Below are positions 6,972-13,161 of a DNA stretch of 32,000 nucleotides, piece after piece. The stretch spans positions 120,001 through 152,000 of the forward strand of contig NZ_FNLK01000015.1 in the NCBI RefSeq assembly GCF_900105015.1, given 5' to 3'. Position numbers and translations under genes: made by a program. This DNA is from Schaalia meyeri (lineage in GTDB: Bacteria; Actinomycetota; Actinomycetes; Actinomycetales; Actinomycetaceae). The notes beneath the pieces were generated by a model that did not search any database, was not told the origin of the DNA, and saw nothing but the letters and a program-made list of their open reading frames with translations. The stretch's first letter is position 1. The number at the start of each line of letters is the position of its first letter.

Positions 6972-9925
6972 GCTCGCAATCGCCTCGCCGATCGATCCTG
7001 AGGGCGTCGGCGCTCATGGCATCGGGAACCATGGTGTCGCGCATCCTCGGCTTCGTGCGCAACGCAATGCTGATCGCCGCCGTCGGCGCGACCGCGGGCG
7101 GCGTGGGCGCGGCCTTCCAGACGGCCAACACGCTGCCCAACACCGTCTTTAACCTCCTGGCCTCGGGCATCTTCGACGCTGTGCTGGTCCCGCAGATCGT
7201 CGGCGCCATCAAACGCCGCAGCGACGGCGACACCTACGTCAACCGCCTGCTGACGCTGGCGGGAACGGTCCTGTTCCTGGTGACCTTCGTGACGATGGTG
7301 CTCGCACCCCTGCTGGTCATGATTACGGCGGCGGGATACACCGAAGACATCCGCAACCTGGCAATCCTCTTCGCCCTCCTGTGCTTGCCGCAGCTGTTCT
7401 TTTACGGGCTGTATAACCTGCTGGGCGAGCTGCTCAACGCACGCGAGATCTTTGGCCCCTACATGTGGGCTCCCGTGATCAATAACGTCGTGGGCATCGG
7501 CGGCCTCGGCGTTTTCCTGGCGATCTGGGGCGGTGCCCCCCTCGGCGGGATCCCCGCGGGCGACGTGACGAGCGCACAGTTCTGGGTCCTGGCGGGCTCG
7601 GCCACGCTGGGCGTCATCTGCCAGGCCGTGTGCCTCCTGTGGCCCATGAGGCGCGCAGGAATCTCCTTCAAACCGGACTTCCATTTCCGGGGCACCTCCT
7701 TTGGGTCGATGCCGCGCGTGGCGGGGTGGACCTTCGCGACGCTGGGCGTCTCCCAGGTCGGCGTCTTGTCCACGAACAACCTGGCGGCCATGGCGGACGG
7801 TTTTATCGGCCGCAACGGTGCCCAGAGCGGCGTCGTCGGCATCCTCGCCTACTCGACGGCCTTCATGATCTTCATGGTCCCCCAGTCCCTCATCACCGTG
7901 TCGCTGACGACCGCGATCTTTACCCGCATGGCCGGTGCCGTCGCCGACGGGGACGACCGGGCCGTGGCCGACAGCTACCACCTGGGCGTCCGCACGATCA
8001 CGTCGCTGACCCTGATCGCCGCGGCGATCCTCATGGCCGGTGCCGTGCCCATGATGGAGATCGCGATGGCCGCAAAGGCCGGCGACCCGCAGGCCGTCAC
8101 CGCCTATGCCCTGGTCCTCGCATCCCTCATGCCGGGCGTCGCCTCGACCGGCATGGTCCTCATGAGTCAGCGAGTCTTTTTCGCCTACGAAAACGTCAAG
8201 CCCGTGTTCCTCATGGGCATCGGCCCGACCGTCATCCAGGTCATCGTCGGCTGGTCTCTCTACGCCCTCACCGGGGAGCGCTGGTGGGTCGTCGCCGCCG
8301 CGCTGGGCGAAACCGCTTGCCGCCTCACGCAGGGCGTCATCGCGGTCGTGTGGGTGTCGCGCGAAAACCGCTTCGTCGACCGCGCGGGCCTGCTGCGCTC
8401 CTACGTCTCCTACCTGGCGGCCGCCGTGGCCTCGGGAATCGTCGGGTTTGGCGCCCTGTGGCTGATGGGGATTCACACGAACGTGGAATCGACCCTGGCC
8501 CGCATGCTGCTGGCCGGCGTCAAGCTCACCGTGATCTCGACCATCACCGCCCTGGTATACCTGCTGGTCCTGCGTTTCGCCGCCCCCCGCGAGTCCGCCA
8601 CGATGATGCGGCCGCTGCTCACGCGCCTGCGCGTGCCTGCATCCGTTGTGAGCATCCTGGCGGCGTCTTCATCGCCGACCCTTGATCCAGCTGCGATAAT
8701 GACGGAAAGCGCACCCGACGAGACGGAGGAACCAATGGCTCCCGCGCCCGAAGGAACCGGTAACGAAACGAACCTGCCGTCGTTCGACCAGGTGCGCCCA
8801 GCCCCGCCGGTCCCCGCACCCCCGTCATCCGGCGTTGAGGCGGCCGGCATCCCCCCGATCCCGGCGCCCGACGAGGCGGCCCTCGGCGCTGCCCCGGACG
8901 ATGGCGGCTACGCCCAACAGATTCCCGAATCGCTGGCCGAATACGGCGTCGAAGCCGTGGATTCGACGGCAGATGCCGCTGGTGTTCCGCCGGTAGATGC
9001 AGCCCAGGTTCCGGCGACCGCGTTCCCGTTGGCACCCCCGTCAGCCGTGCGCGCCAGCGGCGGTTACGCGCGTACCGGCGAGGTCAAACCCGAGGACTAC
9101 CCGCACCCGGCACCCTTGGAAAACGCTCCGTCGACCCACCAGATTCCCCGCGTGCGGGCGGTGGAACCCGCTCCCGTGCCCACGCCGCCCGTCGAGGATC
9201 CGACCGAGGTCATGGAAGCCATCCCCGCCGTTCCCGCGGAGCCGATCACGGCCGAGTCGGAGGCTGAGGCGAGCAGCCCCGAACGCTCCGGCAAACTGAT
9301 TGACCCGACGCGTCCCGCGCTGACTTTCGGCGTCGTCTTGTTCCTCATCGGAGCCATCTGGGGTCCGTGGATGGCGACGCGCCCGGTCACCGATCTGGAT
9401 CTGGGACAGTCGCTGCGCGCGGGTACGTCCACGCGGCAATCGGACGAGCCGGCGCCCAACCTGACGACAACGCCACCGCCGGAGGATTCCGTGACCCCCG
9501 TGATCTCCTCCGTGCAGGTCCTGTCGTGGAACAACGATGACGGCGATCACCCGGACCGCGCGATCAACATGATCGACTCGAACCCGTCAACGTCGTGGAG
9601 CTCGCGCTGGTTCGACACGAATCAGTTCCGCGATGAGACTGCGGTCACGATCGTCGTCAAGCTGCAGCAGAAGGCTACCGTGTCTTCGGTGACTCTCAAC
9701 ATGGACGCGGCCACGTCTGGTGGCAAGATCGTGGTGCGCAACGTCACGGACCCCGGCAACCCCCGAGGCGGAACAGAACTGGCCACCTCGACGTTGTCTC
9801 CGACGACGAAGATTCAGTTGCCCACGCCCGTCGAGACCGATTCGATTGCGCTGCAGTTCCGATCGATGCCGAAAAGTCAGGACGGACGTAACTGGGCCTG
9901 GATCTCCGAGCTTTCAGTTCAATAA
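6968..9925 (+). CDS. murJ: Lipid II flippase MurJ/MviN with long C-terminal extension (Pro-rich linker, extra TM, discoidin-like ectodomain)
   Basis: Track ORF 6575..9925 trimmed to ATG 6968 (MSSQSPRRSILRASALMASGTMVSRILGFVRNAMLIAAVG, the canonical MurJ N-terminus), with an ATGA overlap on the upstream stop. Multi-TM core to about nt 8630. Low-complexity P/A/E-rich region about 8640-9316. TM ALTFGVVLFLIGAIWGPWMA at 9317-9376. C-terminal domain 9500-9922 carries AINMIDSNPSTSWSS, typical of F5/8-type-C (galactose-binding-like) folds. Confidence 0.9.
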   Translation: MSSQSPRRSILRASALMASGTMVSRILGFVRNAMLIAAVGATAGGVGAAFQTANTLPNTVFNLLASGIFDAVLVPQIVGAIKRRSDGDTYVNRLLTLAGTVLFLVTFVTMVLAPLLVMITAAGYTEDIRNLAILFALLCLPQLFFYGLYNLLGELLNAREIFGPYMWAPVINNVVGIGGLGVFLAIWGGAPLGGIPAGDVTSAQFWVLAGSATLGVICQAVCLLWPMRRAGISFKPDFHFRGTSFGSMPRVAGWTFATLGVSQVGVLSTNNLAAMADGFIGRNGAQSGVVGILAYSTAFMIFMVPQSLITVSLTTAIFTRMAGAVADGDDRAVADSYHLGVRTITSLTLIAAAILMAGAVPMMEIAMAAKAGDPQAVTAYALVLASLMPGVASTGMVLMSQRVFFAYENVKPVFLMGIGPTVIQVIVGWSLYALTGERWWVVAAALGETACRLTQGVIAVVWVSRENRFVDRAGLLRSYVSYLAAAVASGIVGFGALWLMGIHTNVESTLARMLLAGVKLTVISTITALVYLLVLRFAAPRESATMMRPLLTRLRVPASVVSILAASSSPTLDPAAIMTESAPDETEEPMAPAPEGTGNETNLPSFDQVRPAPPVPAPPSSGVEAAGIPPIPAPDEAALGAAPDDGGYAQQIPESLAEYGVEAVDSTADAAGVPPVDAAQVPATAFPLAPPSAVRASGGYARTGEVKPEDYPHPAPLENAPSTHQIPRVRAVEPAPVPTPPVEDPTEVMEAIPAVPAEPITAESEAEASSPERSGKLIDPTRPALTFGVVLFLIGAIWGPWMATRPVTDLDLGQSLRAGTSTRQSDEPAPNLTTTPPPEDSVTPVISSVQVLSWNNDDGDHPDRAINMIDSNPSTSWSSRWFDTNQFRDETAVTIVVKLQQKATVSSVTLNMDAATSGGKIVVRNVTDPGNPRGGTELATSTLSPTTKIQLPTPVETDSIALQFRSMPKSQDGRNWAWISELSVQ

Positions 9926-9943
9926 CCCTGAAGGAGGGTACGC

Positions 9944-10981
9944 ATGTCTTTCGTGACGATTCCCGGCCTGGTGTCGGCCGAAACCACTGAGTCCACCCCC
10001 GATGCCGCCCAGGTGTCGATCCCGTCCACCGACGTTCCCGACGGGGCGACCGTCCACGATGTGATCATCGTCGGGTCGGGTCCCGCCGGCTACACGGCGG
10101 CCGTCTACACCGCGCGCGCGGGCCTTTCTCCGCTCGTCCTGGCGGGTCAGCTGGCGGCGGGCGGCGCTCTCATGAACACCACCGAGGTCGAGAACTTCCC
10201 GGGATTCCCCGAGGGCATTTTGGGTCCCGAGCTGATGGACAATATGCGTGCGCAGGCCGAAAAGTTCGGCGCTCACGTGCGTTACGAGGACGTTCTCGCC
10301 GTCAACCTGGAGGGCCCCGTCAAGGCGGTCGCGACCGAGGACCAGGTCTTTTACGCGCGCGCCGTCATCTTGGCTACCGGCTCGGAGTATCGCCACATGG
10401 ACGTTCCGGGCGAACAGGAGTTCTCCGGACGCGGCGTGTCTTACTGCGCCACCTGCGACGGCTTTTTCTTCAAGGATCGCCGCCTGGCCGTCATCGGTGG
10501 CGGCGACTCCGCCATGGAGGAGGCCACGTTCCTGACGAACTTTGCTTCCGAGGTCGTCGTGGTACACCGTCGCGACGCACTGCGCGCATCCCGCACGATG
10601 GCCGAGCGCGCGCTGAACAACCCAAAGATCTCCTTCGAGTGGAACGCGACCGTCAGCGAGGTCCTGGGCGACCAGGCCGTCACCGGGTTGCGCCTGGCCT
10701 CCACCGTCGATGGATCGATCCGAGACATCGACGTGGACGGCGTATTCGTGGCGATCGGCCACCTGCCCCGCACGGGATTCCTGGGCGGCCAGGTCGCCCT
10801 GGACGCGGCCGGGTATATCACGGTCGAAGAGCCGTCGACTCGCACGTCGGTCGAGGGCGTGTTCGCGTGCGGTGACGCCGTGGATCGCACGTACCGTCAG
10901 GCCATCACGGCTGCCGGTTCCGGTTGCCGCGCGGCGCTGGACGCGGAGCGCTGGCTCGCGTCCCTGGGCGACCAGGCGTGA
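9944..10981 (+). CDS. trxB: Thioredoxin-disulfide reductase
   Basis: Contains [21 protein letters not shown] (FAD site), the redox-active [16 protein letters not shown] (NADPH site) and GVFACGD. GAAGGAGGG lies 6-7 nt upstream of ATG 9944. About 35 aa of N-terminal extension. Confidence 0.92.
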   Translation: MSFVTIPGLVSAETTESTPDAAQVSIPSTDVPDGATVHDVIIVGSGPAGYTAAVYTARAGLSPLVLAGQLAAGGALMNTTEVENFPGFPEGILGPELMDNMRAQAEKFGAHVRYEDVLAVNLEGPVKAVATEDQVFYARAVILATGSEYRHMDVPGEQEFSGRGVSYCATCDGFFFKDRRLAVIGGGDSAMEEATFLTNFASEVVVVHRRDALRASRTMAERALNNPKISFEWNATVSEVLGDQAVTGLRLASTVDGSIRDIDVDGVFVAIGHLPRTGFLGGQVALDAAGYITVEEPSTRTSVEGVFACGDAVDRTYRQAITAAGSGCRAALDAERWLASLGDQA

Positions 10982-11412
10982 GCCGCTCCCCCACCGTTCC
11001 CGCGGGGAGTCTGGGCGCGAACGCCTCACGGCCTGGCACCTGCCCGTGCGGGTCCGGGCTGCGCCTGTCGCAGTGCTGCGGGCGCTATCTGGACGGCGAC
11101 GCGACCCCCACAGCCGAGGCCCTCATGCGGTCGCGCTACACGGCCTATGCCCTGCGGGACGAGGACTACCTGTTTCGCACGTGGCATCCGCGCACTCGCC
11201 CTGCCCCGCCGTACTGGGTGGAGGGCACGCGGTGGACGGGATTGCGCATCCTCGGGGCCGAGGCCGGAGGGATCGACGACGAGGAGGGAACCGTCACGTT
11301 CGTGGCCTCCTGGAGGGACCAGCGTACGGGCGAAACCGGGAGCATGCGGGAGCGATCGCGGTTTAGCCGTCGCGCGGGCAGGTGGGTGTACGACTGCGGC
11401 GCAAACGACTGA
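10978..11412 (+). CDS. YchJ family (UPF0225) protein with N-terminal SEC-C metal-binding motif
   Basis: [37 protein letters not shown] and [14 protein letters not shown] match my recollection of E. coli YchJ (CPCGS..CC, LMRSRY.A, DYL..TWHP, ERSRF...W.Y). Track ORF 10924 trimmed to GTG 10978, which overlaps the trxB stop (GTGA). The start is an inference. Confidence 0.72.
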   Translation: MSRSPTVPAGSLGANASRPGTCPCGSGLRLSQCCGRYLDGDATPTAEALMRSRYTAYALRDEDYLFRTWHPRTRPAPPYWVEGTRWTGLRILGAEAGGIDDEEGTVTFVASWRDQRTGETGSMRERSRFSRRAGRWVYDCGAND

Positions 11413-11433
11413 CACTACGGTAGGATTTTCCCT

Positions 11434-12075
11434 ATGATTGTTCGTCGCCTTCTGTCGCCCCCTGTCATCGCCGGGGCCATCATTGTCCTGGCAGTCGCCG
11501 TCGTCGGCGGATTCATAAAGAATCCGCTGCCCGTCGACACCGCGGTATGGTCCGATTTCATCGCCTCTCGCACCCCCGCGATGAACTCGTTCATGGCGGG
11601 GGCATCCTGGCTGTTCGACCCAAAGCGCGCGGTCGCCCTGGCGTTCGCAGTGGCGGCGGCGGTGTGGTGGCTGATCAAGAAGGTCATGCACGCCCTGTAC
11701 ATCCTGTGCTCCGTCGCCCTATCCGGGGTCAATGGCTACCTCATTAAGCACATCGACGCGCGTCCCCGGCCTGACGAGGCCTTCCGTGTGATCACCGAGG
11801 ACTCCTATTCCTTCCCCTCGGGACACGCGACCTCGGTGACGGCGCTGGTGATTTCGCTCGTTCTGGTCCTGACGATGACGCGCCTCGGCCGCCGCATCCG
11901 CCATCTGCTGTGGGTTGCGGCCCTGGTGTTCATCGCATTCATCTGCGTGACGCGCCTGTATCTGGGCGTGCACTGGGTGACGGACGTTCTCGGAGGCTTC
12001 GGCGTGGGCCTGGGTTCGTCGATGATTCTGTCCCCCTTCATGCTGGGATCCTCCGCGCTGAAAAAGGCCCGCTAG
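11434..12075 (+). CDS. PAP2-superfamily membrane phosphatase (undecaprenyl-diphosphate / lipid phosphate phosphatase type)
   Basis: Three PAP2 motifs are present: KHIDARPRP (KX6RP), SFPSGHAT (PSGH) and TRLYLGVHWVTDVLGG (SRX5HX3D-like). Several TM segments. Confidence 0.85.
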   Translation: MIVRRLLSPPVIAGAIIVLAVAVVGGFIKNPLPVDTAVWSDFIASRTPAMNSFMAGASWLFDPKRAVALAFAVAAAVWWLIKKVMHALYILCSVALSGVNGYLIKHIDARPRPDEAFRVITEDSYSFPSGHATSVTALVISLVLVLTMTRLGRRIRHLLWVAALVFIAFICVTRLYLGVHWVTDVLGGFGVGLGSSMILSPFMLGSSALKKAR

Positions 12076-12097
12076 GGCCGCGGACATTGCTTACTGG

Positions 12098-12126
12098 GGC
12101 GCCCGGGGCTCTTTGCCCCGGGCGCC
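12098..12126 (+). terminator. GC hairpin downstream of the PAP2 gene (possible terminator)
   Basis: Perfect 12-bp stem GGCGCCCGGGGC (12098-12109) / GCCCCGGGCGCC (12115-12126) with loop TCTTT, 23 nt after the stop. Only a weak T-rich trail (TGTGTAT) follows. Confidence 0.4.
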
Positions 12127-12258
12127 TGTGTATAGGCGATTACCGCCTCTGCCAGGCATCACCGAGAAGTGTCTATCGCGGTCAATGCCTGACAGACCTT
12201 CGATATCGGGTCAGATTTTGCATCACTGACCAGTTGTGTCAGACTTGCTCCACACGGT

Positions 12259-12278
12259 TTATCCACAACTGTGGACAA
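12259..12278. promoter_or_regulatory. Pair of perfect, inverted DnaA boxes
   Basis: TTATCCACA (12259-12267, the E. coli consensus), then AC, then TGTGGACAA (12270-12278), which is TTGTCCACA on the minus strand, the consensus reported for Streptomyces/Mycobacterium. Located in ORF-free, locally lower-GC DNA about 11.5 kb from oriC. Confidence 0.5.
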
Positions 12279-12680
12279 CGTTGTGAACGAATAGTGGGGG
12301 AAACTCGGCAGTGTTCCCGGTCTTACACATGCGCTCAATGTGGGCACTGACCCCACGGGAATGACCGCCCGGTTGACGACGCCCGGTTTGGCACATCGGG
12401 CGATGGCCTCGGCGTTACCGCCCGGGATTGGGTTATCGGGCAGGATGTGCGGCTGGGGTTTGGTCCCAGGGGTTGCGGTGCAGTGGTTGCCTGGTTCCTT
12501 CGGGCGGGATTATGTGGTGAGTGTTGGGGGGCGCGTCCTATCGAGTCCGGGACGCCCGGGGCCGGCCTCATCCGGCAGGTCAGCGGGGTCCATAAATGTC
12601 ACGCCCGTCAACCCGCTTACGCGCACCCCCGCGGGTTAAGACCGCGGGTTCAGCAACCACCTAACAGAAAAGCGGGTGCA

Positions 12681-12710
12681 CAAAAGACCCGCAACCTGTC
12701 GGTTGCGGGT
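12681..12710 (-). terminator. Rho-independent terminator after tRNA-Ala
   Basis: Perfect 10-bp stem ACCCGCAACC (12687-12696) / GGTTGCGGGT (12701-12710), 4-nt loop. On the minus strand it is followed by CTTTTG. It starts 6 nt after the tRNA-Ala 3' end. Confidence 0.6.
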
Positions 12711-12716
12711 CGCGGG

Positions 12717-12789
12717 TGGAGCTAACGGGACTCGAACCCGTAACCCCCTGCTTGCAAAGCAGGTGCGCTACCAATTGCGCCATAGCCCC
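12717..12789 (-). tRNA. tRNA-Ala (anticodon UGC)
   Basis: The reverse complement GGGGCTATGGCGCAATTGGTAGCGCACCTGCTTTGCAAGCAGGGGGTTACGGGTTCGAGTCCCGTTAGCTCCA folds as a cloverleaf. The anticodon loop is TTTGCAA, the G3:U70 Ala identity pair is present, the T-loop is TTCGAGT, and CCA is not encoded. Confidence 0.95.
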
Positions 12790-12799
12790 ATCGGGGATT

Positions 12800-12934
12800 T
12801 CATTCCTCCACGGTGTCCGTTACGGACTTCCACAGGTTGGCGTTATCGGATAGATCGACCAGAATCTGTCGGACGACGACGCCAACGGCCACGGCAGATC
12901 CGACTACCACACAGCATGTGACCCACTTTTTCAC
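12800..12934 (-). CDS. 44-aa single-TM small protein, tentatively of the actinobacterial 'DLW-39' small-protein family
   Basis: Not in the track (<60 aa). GGAGGA (12945-12940), 5 nt, GTG 12934, stop TGA at 12802-12800. Checked codon by codon: VKKWVTCCVVVGSAVAVGVVVRQILVDLSDNANLWKSVTDTVEE. Third-position bases are mostly G/C, like neighbouring genes. The family assignment is from memory. Confidence 0.55.
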   Translation of the reverse strand: MKKWVTCCVVVGSAVAVGVVVRQILVDLSDNANLWKSVTDTVEE

Positions 12935-12964
12935 GGTGATCCTCCGCTTTCACTCTCCTGCGGA

Positions 12965-13041
12965 TGGTGGGCCTAGGTGGGCTCGAACCACCGACCTCAG
13001 TCTTATCAGGACTGCGCTCTAACCTACTGAGCTATAGGCCC
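12965..13041 (-). tRNA. tRNA-Ile (anticodon GAU)
   Basis: The reverse complement GGGCCTATAGCTCAGTAGGTTAGAGCGCAGTCCTGATAAGACTGAGGTCGGTGGTTCGAGCCCACCTAGGCCCACCA folds as a cloverleaf. The anticodon loop is CTGATAA and the 3' CCA is encoded. Confidence 0.95.
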
Positions 13042-13068
13042 AACCGGCGCCCTTTCGGACACTCGGAT

Positions 13069-13097
13069 ATAGTACACAGCACAGAGGCATCCAGCAA
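13069..13097 (-). promoter_or_regulatory. Candidate sigma-70-type promoter for the tRNA-Ile/sORF/tRNA-Ala unit
   Basis: On the minus strand: TTGCTG (13097-13092), a 17-nt spacer, then TACTAT (13074-13069), about 28 nt upstream of the tRNA-Ile 5' end. Confidence 0.45.
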
Positions 13098-13161
13098 AAC
13101 TGAGCGTTGGTGACGTCCAACACGACGATGTCGCGATGGCGCGGTGAGAGAAGGAAGCGTC

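Noticed and set aside
4106-11029. Long minus-strand ORFs (4106..5950, 6722..8476, 9914..11029) and many 60-250-aa ORFs overlapping the NUDIX, DUF6049-like, murJ and trxB genes
   Set aside because: These are antisense or off-frame shadows of well-supported plus-strand genes, with Arg/Pro/Gly-rich nonsense-like composition. The same reasoning applies to 27635..28801 (antisense to yidC/jag).
11910-12350. 146-aa plus-strand ORF whose tail is strikingly Cys-rich (CPGRLCIGDYRLCQ..CITDQLCQTCSTRFIHNCGQRCE..)
   Set aside because: Its first half overlaps the PAP2 gene out of frame. In the non-overlapping part the codons are rich in A/T at third positions (tgt, ata, tat, aga, agt), unlike every confident gene here. 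There is no RBS or start in the free part. The Cys richness comes from TGT/TGC in locally lower-GC DNA, including the DnaA-box palindrome.
12159-12639. Small ORFs in the non-coding spacer (12159..12356 minus, 12335..12571 minus, 12340..12639 plus, 12447..12725 plus)
   Set aside because: They are mutually overlapping, show no motif I recognise and have poor GC3 or Pro/Gly/Arg-rich shadow composition. The last one runs into the tRNA-Ala gene.
12340-12660. Checked whether the spacer is a known housekeeping RNA (SRP/4.5S, RNase P RNA, tmRNA, or a tRNA-like element)
   Set aside because: I could not find the SRP GGAAGCAGC-type motif, the RNase P GAGGAAAGTCC box, or a tmRNA tRNA-like end. The cgagtcc string at about 12541 does not sit in a T-arm context. 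The region is therefore left as an unclassified candidate, not a named RNA.
12681-13144. tRNA genes as integration sites: looked for duplicated tRNA 3'-end segments (att-like repeats), integrase or excisionase nearby
   Set aside because: I found no second copy of the tRNA-Ala or tRNA-Ile 3' halves in the flanking 2 kb and no recombinase ORF. There is no support for an integrated element.
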